Shown here one piece after another: positions 63,790-64,000 of a stretch of DNA of 64,000 nt. Made by a program: the position numbers and the translations under genes. Where the stretch lies: positions 117,242,001 to 117,306,000 of the forward strand of contig OZ286459.1 in assembly GCA_965644265.1 (NCBI GenBank), read 5' to 3'. Source of the DNA: Glycera tridactyla. Taxonomy: Eukaryota. Within the stretch, counting starts at the first letter, position 1. Every line of letters starts with the position of its first letter. The notes under the pieces were generated by a model. The model was given only the letters and a program-made list of their open reading frames with translations. It was not told where the DNA came from and made no database searches.

Positions 63790-63853
63790 CATTCATTACG
63801 GGCATGTCACCGGGGCCCATGGGTCCCATACCATCCGGACCTCCCATAGGGAA
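63790..63853 (-). CDS. Ssdp: Ssdp internal Gly/Pro/Met-rich exon (the gene continues beyond the window)
   Basis: CATTTGCAG| acceptor and G|GTGAGT donor. FPMGGPDGMGPMGPGDMPVMN. Phase 1 fits the exon at 62672. Confidence 0.85.
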
Positions 63854-64000
63854 CTGCAAATGAAACGATCGATGATATGACAACCTTCAGCAATTTTTGT
63901 GAAGGCATTTACACAACACATAGACATAGTACAAGAACATCCAAACACAGAGGTAGAATAACCAAGACACACAGATAGACAGAGAATACACTGGTCACTG

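Overview
Repeat-rich animal genomic DNA with many N-gaps and microsatellites. A non-vertebrate bilaterian origin, probably lophotrochozoan, is inferred from gene and repeat content. Three host genes are supported by manual exon assembly. (1) The first exon of an ADP-ribosyl cyclase (CD38/BST1 family) gene on the minus strand at about 1.8-2.0 kb. (2) A probably complete 8-exon Cys-loop ligand-gated ion channel gene (nAChR-like, non-alpha, about 503 aa) on the plus strand, 5452/10073-37560. It lacks the principal acetylcholine-binding aromatics and has an unusual M2 pore. (3) The last three coding exons of Ssdp (SSBP2/3/4 family) on the minus strand, 52500-63853. The main accessory feature is a full-length 7.66-kb Ngaro-type tyrosine-recombinase retrotransposon (16419-24074, minus strand) in the 19.4-kb second intron of the channel gene. 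It has near-identical split direct repeats (A1-B1-A2-B2) and gag, RT/RNase H (one homopolymer frameshift) and YR ORFs. An extra SGNH-fold ORF lies upstream of gag and lacks its catalytic Ser and His. The element also shows a predicted TATA/Inr promoter with one splice donor and acceptors in front of gag, pol and YR, and a co-varying hairpin array in the B repeat. The rest is pogo-like and foldback MITEs, SINE and LINE relics, a Gypsy relic and minisatellites. All calls were made by eye with no database searches.
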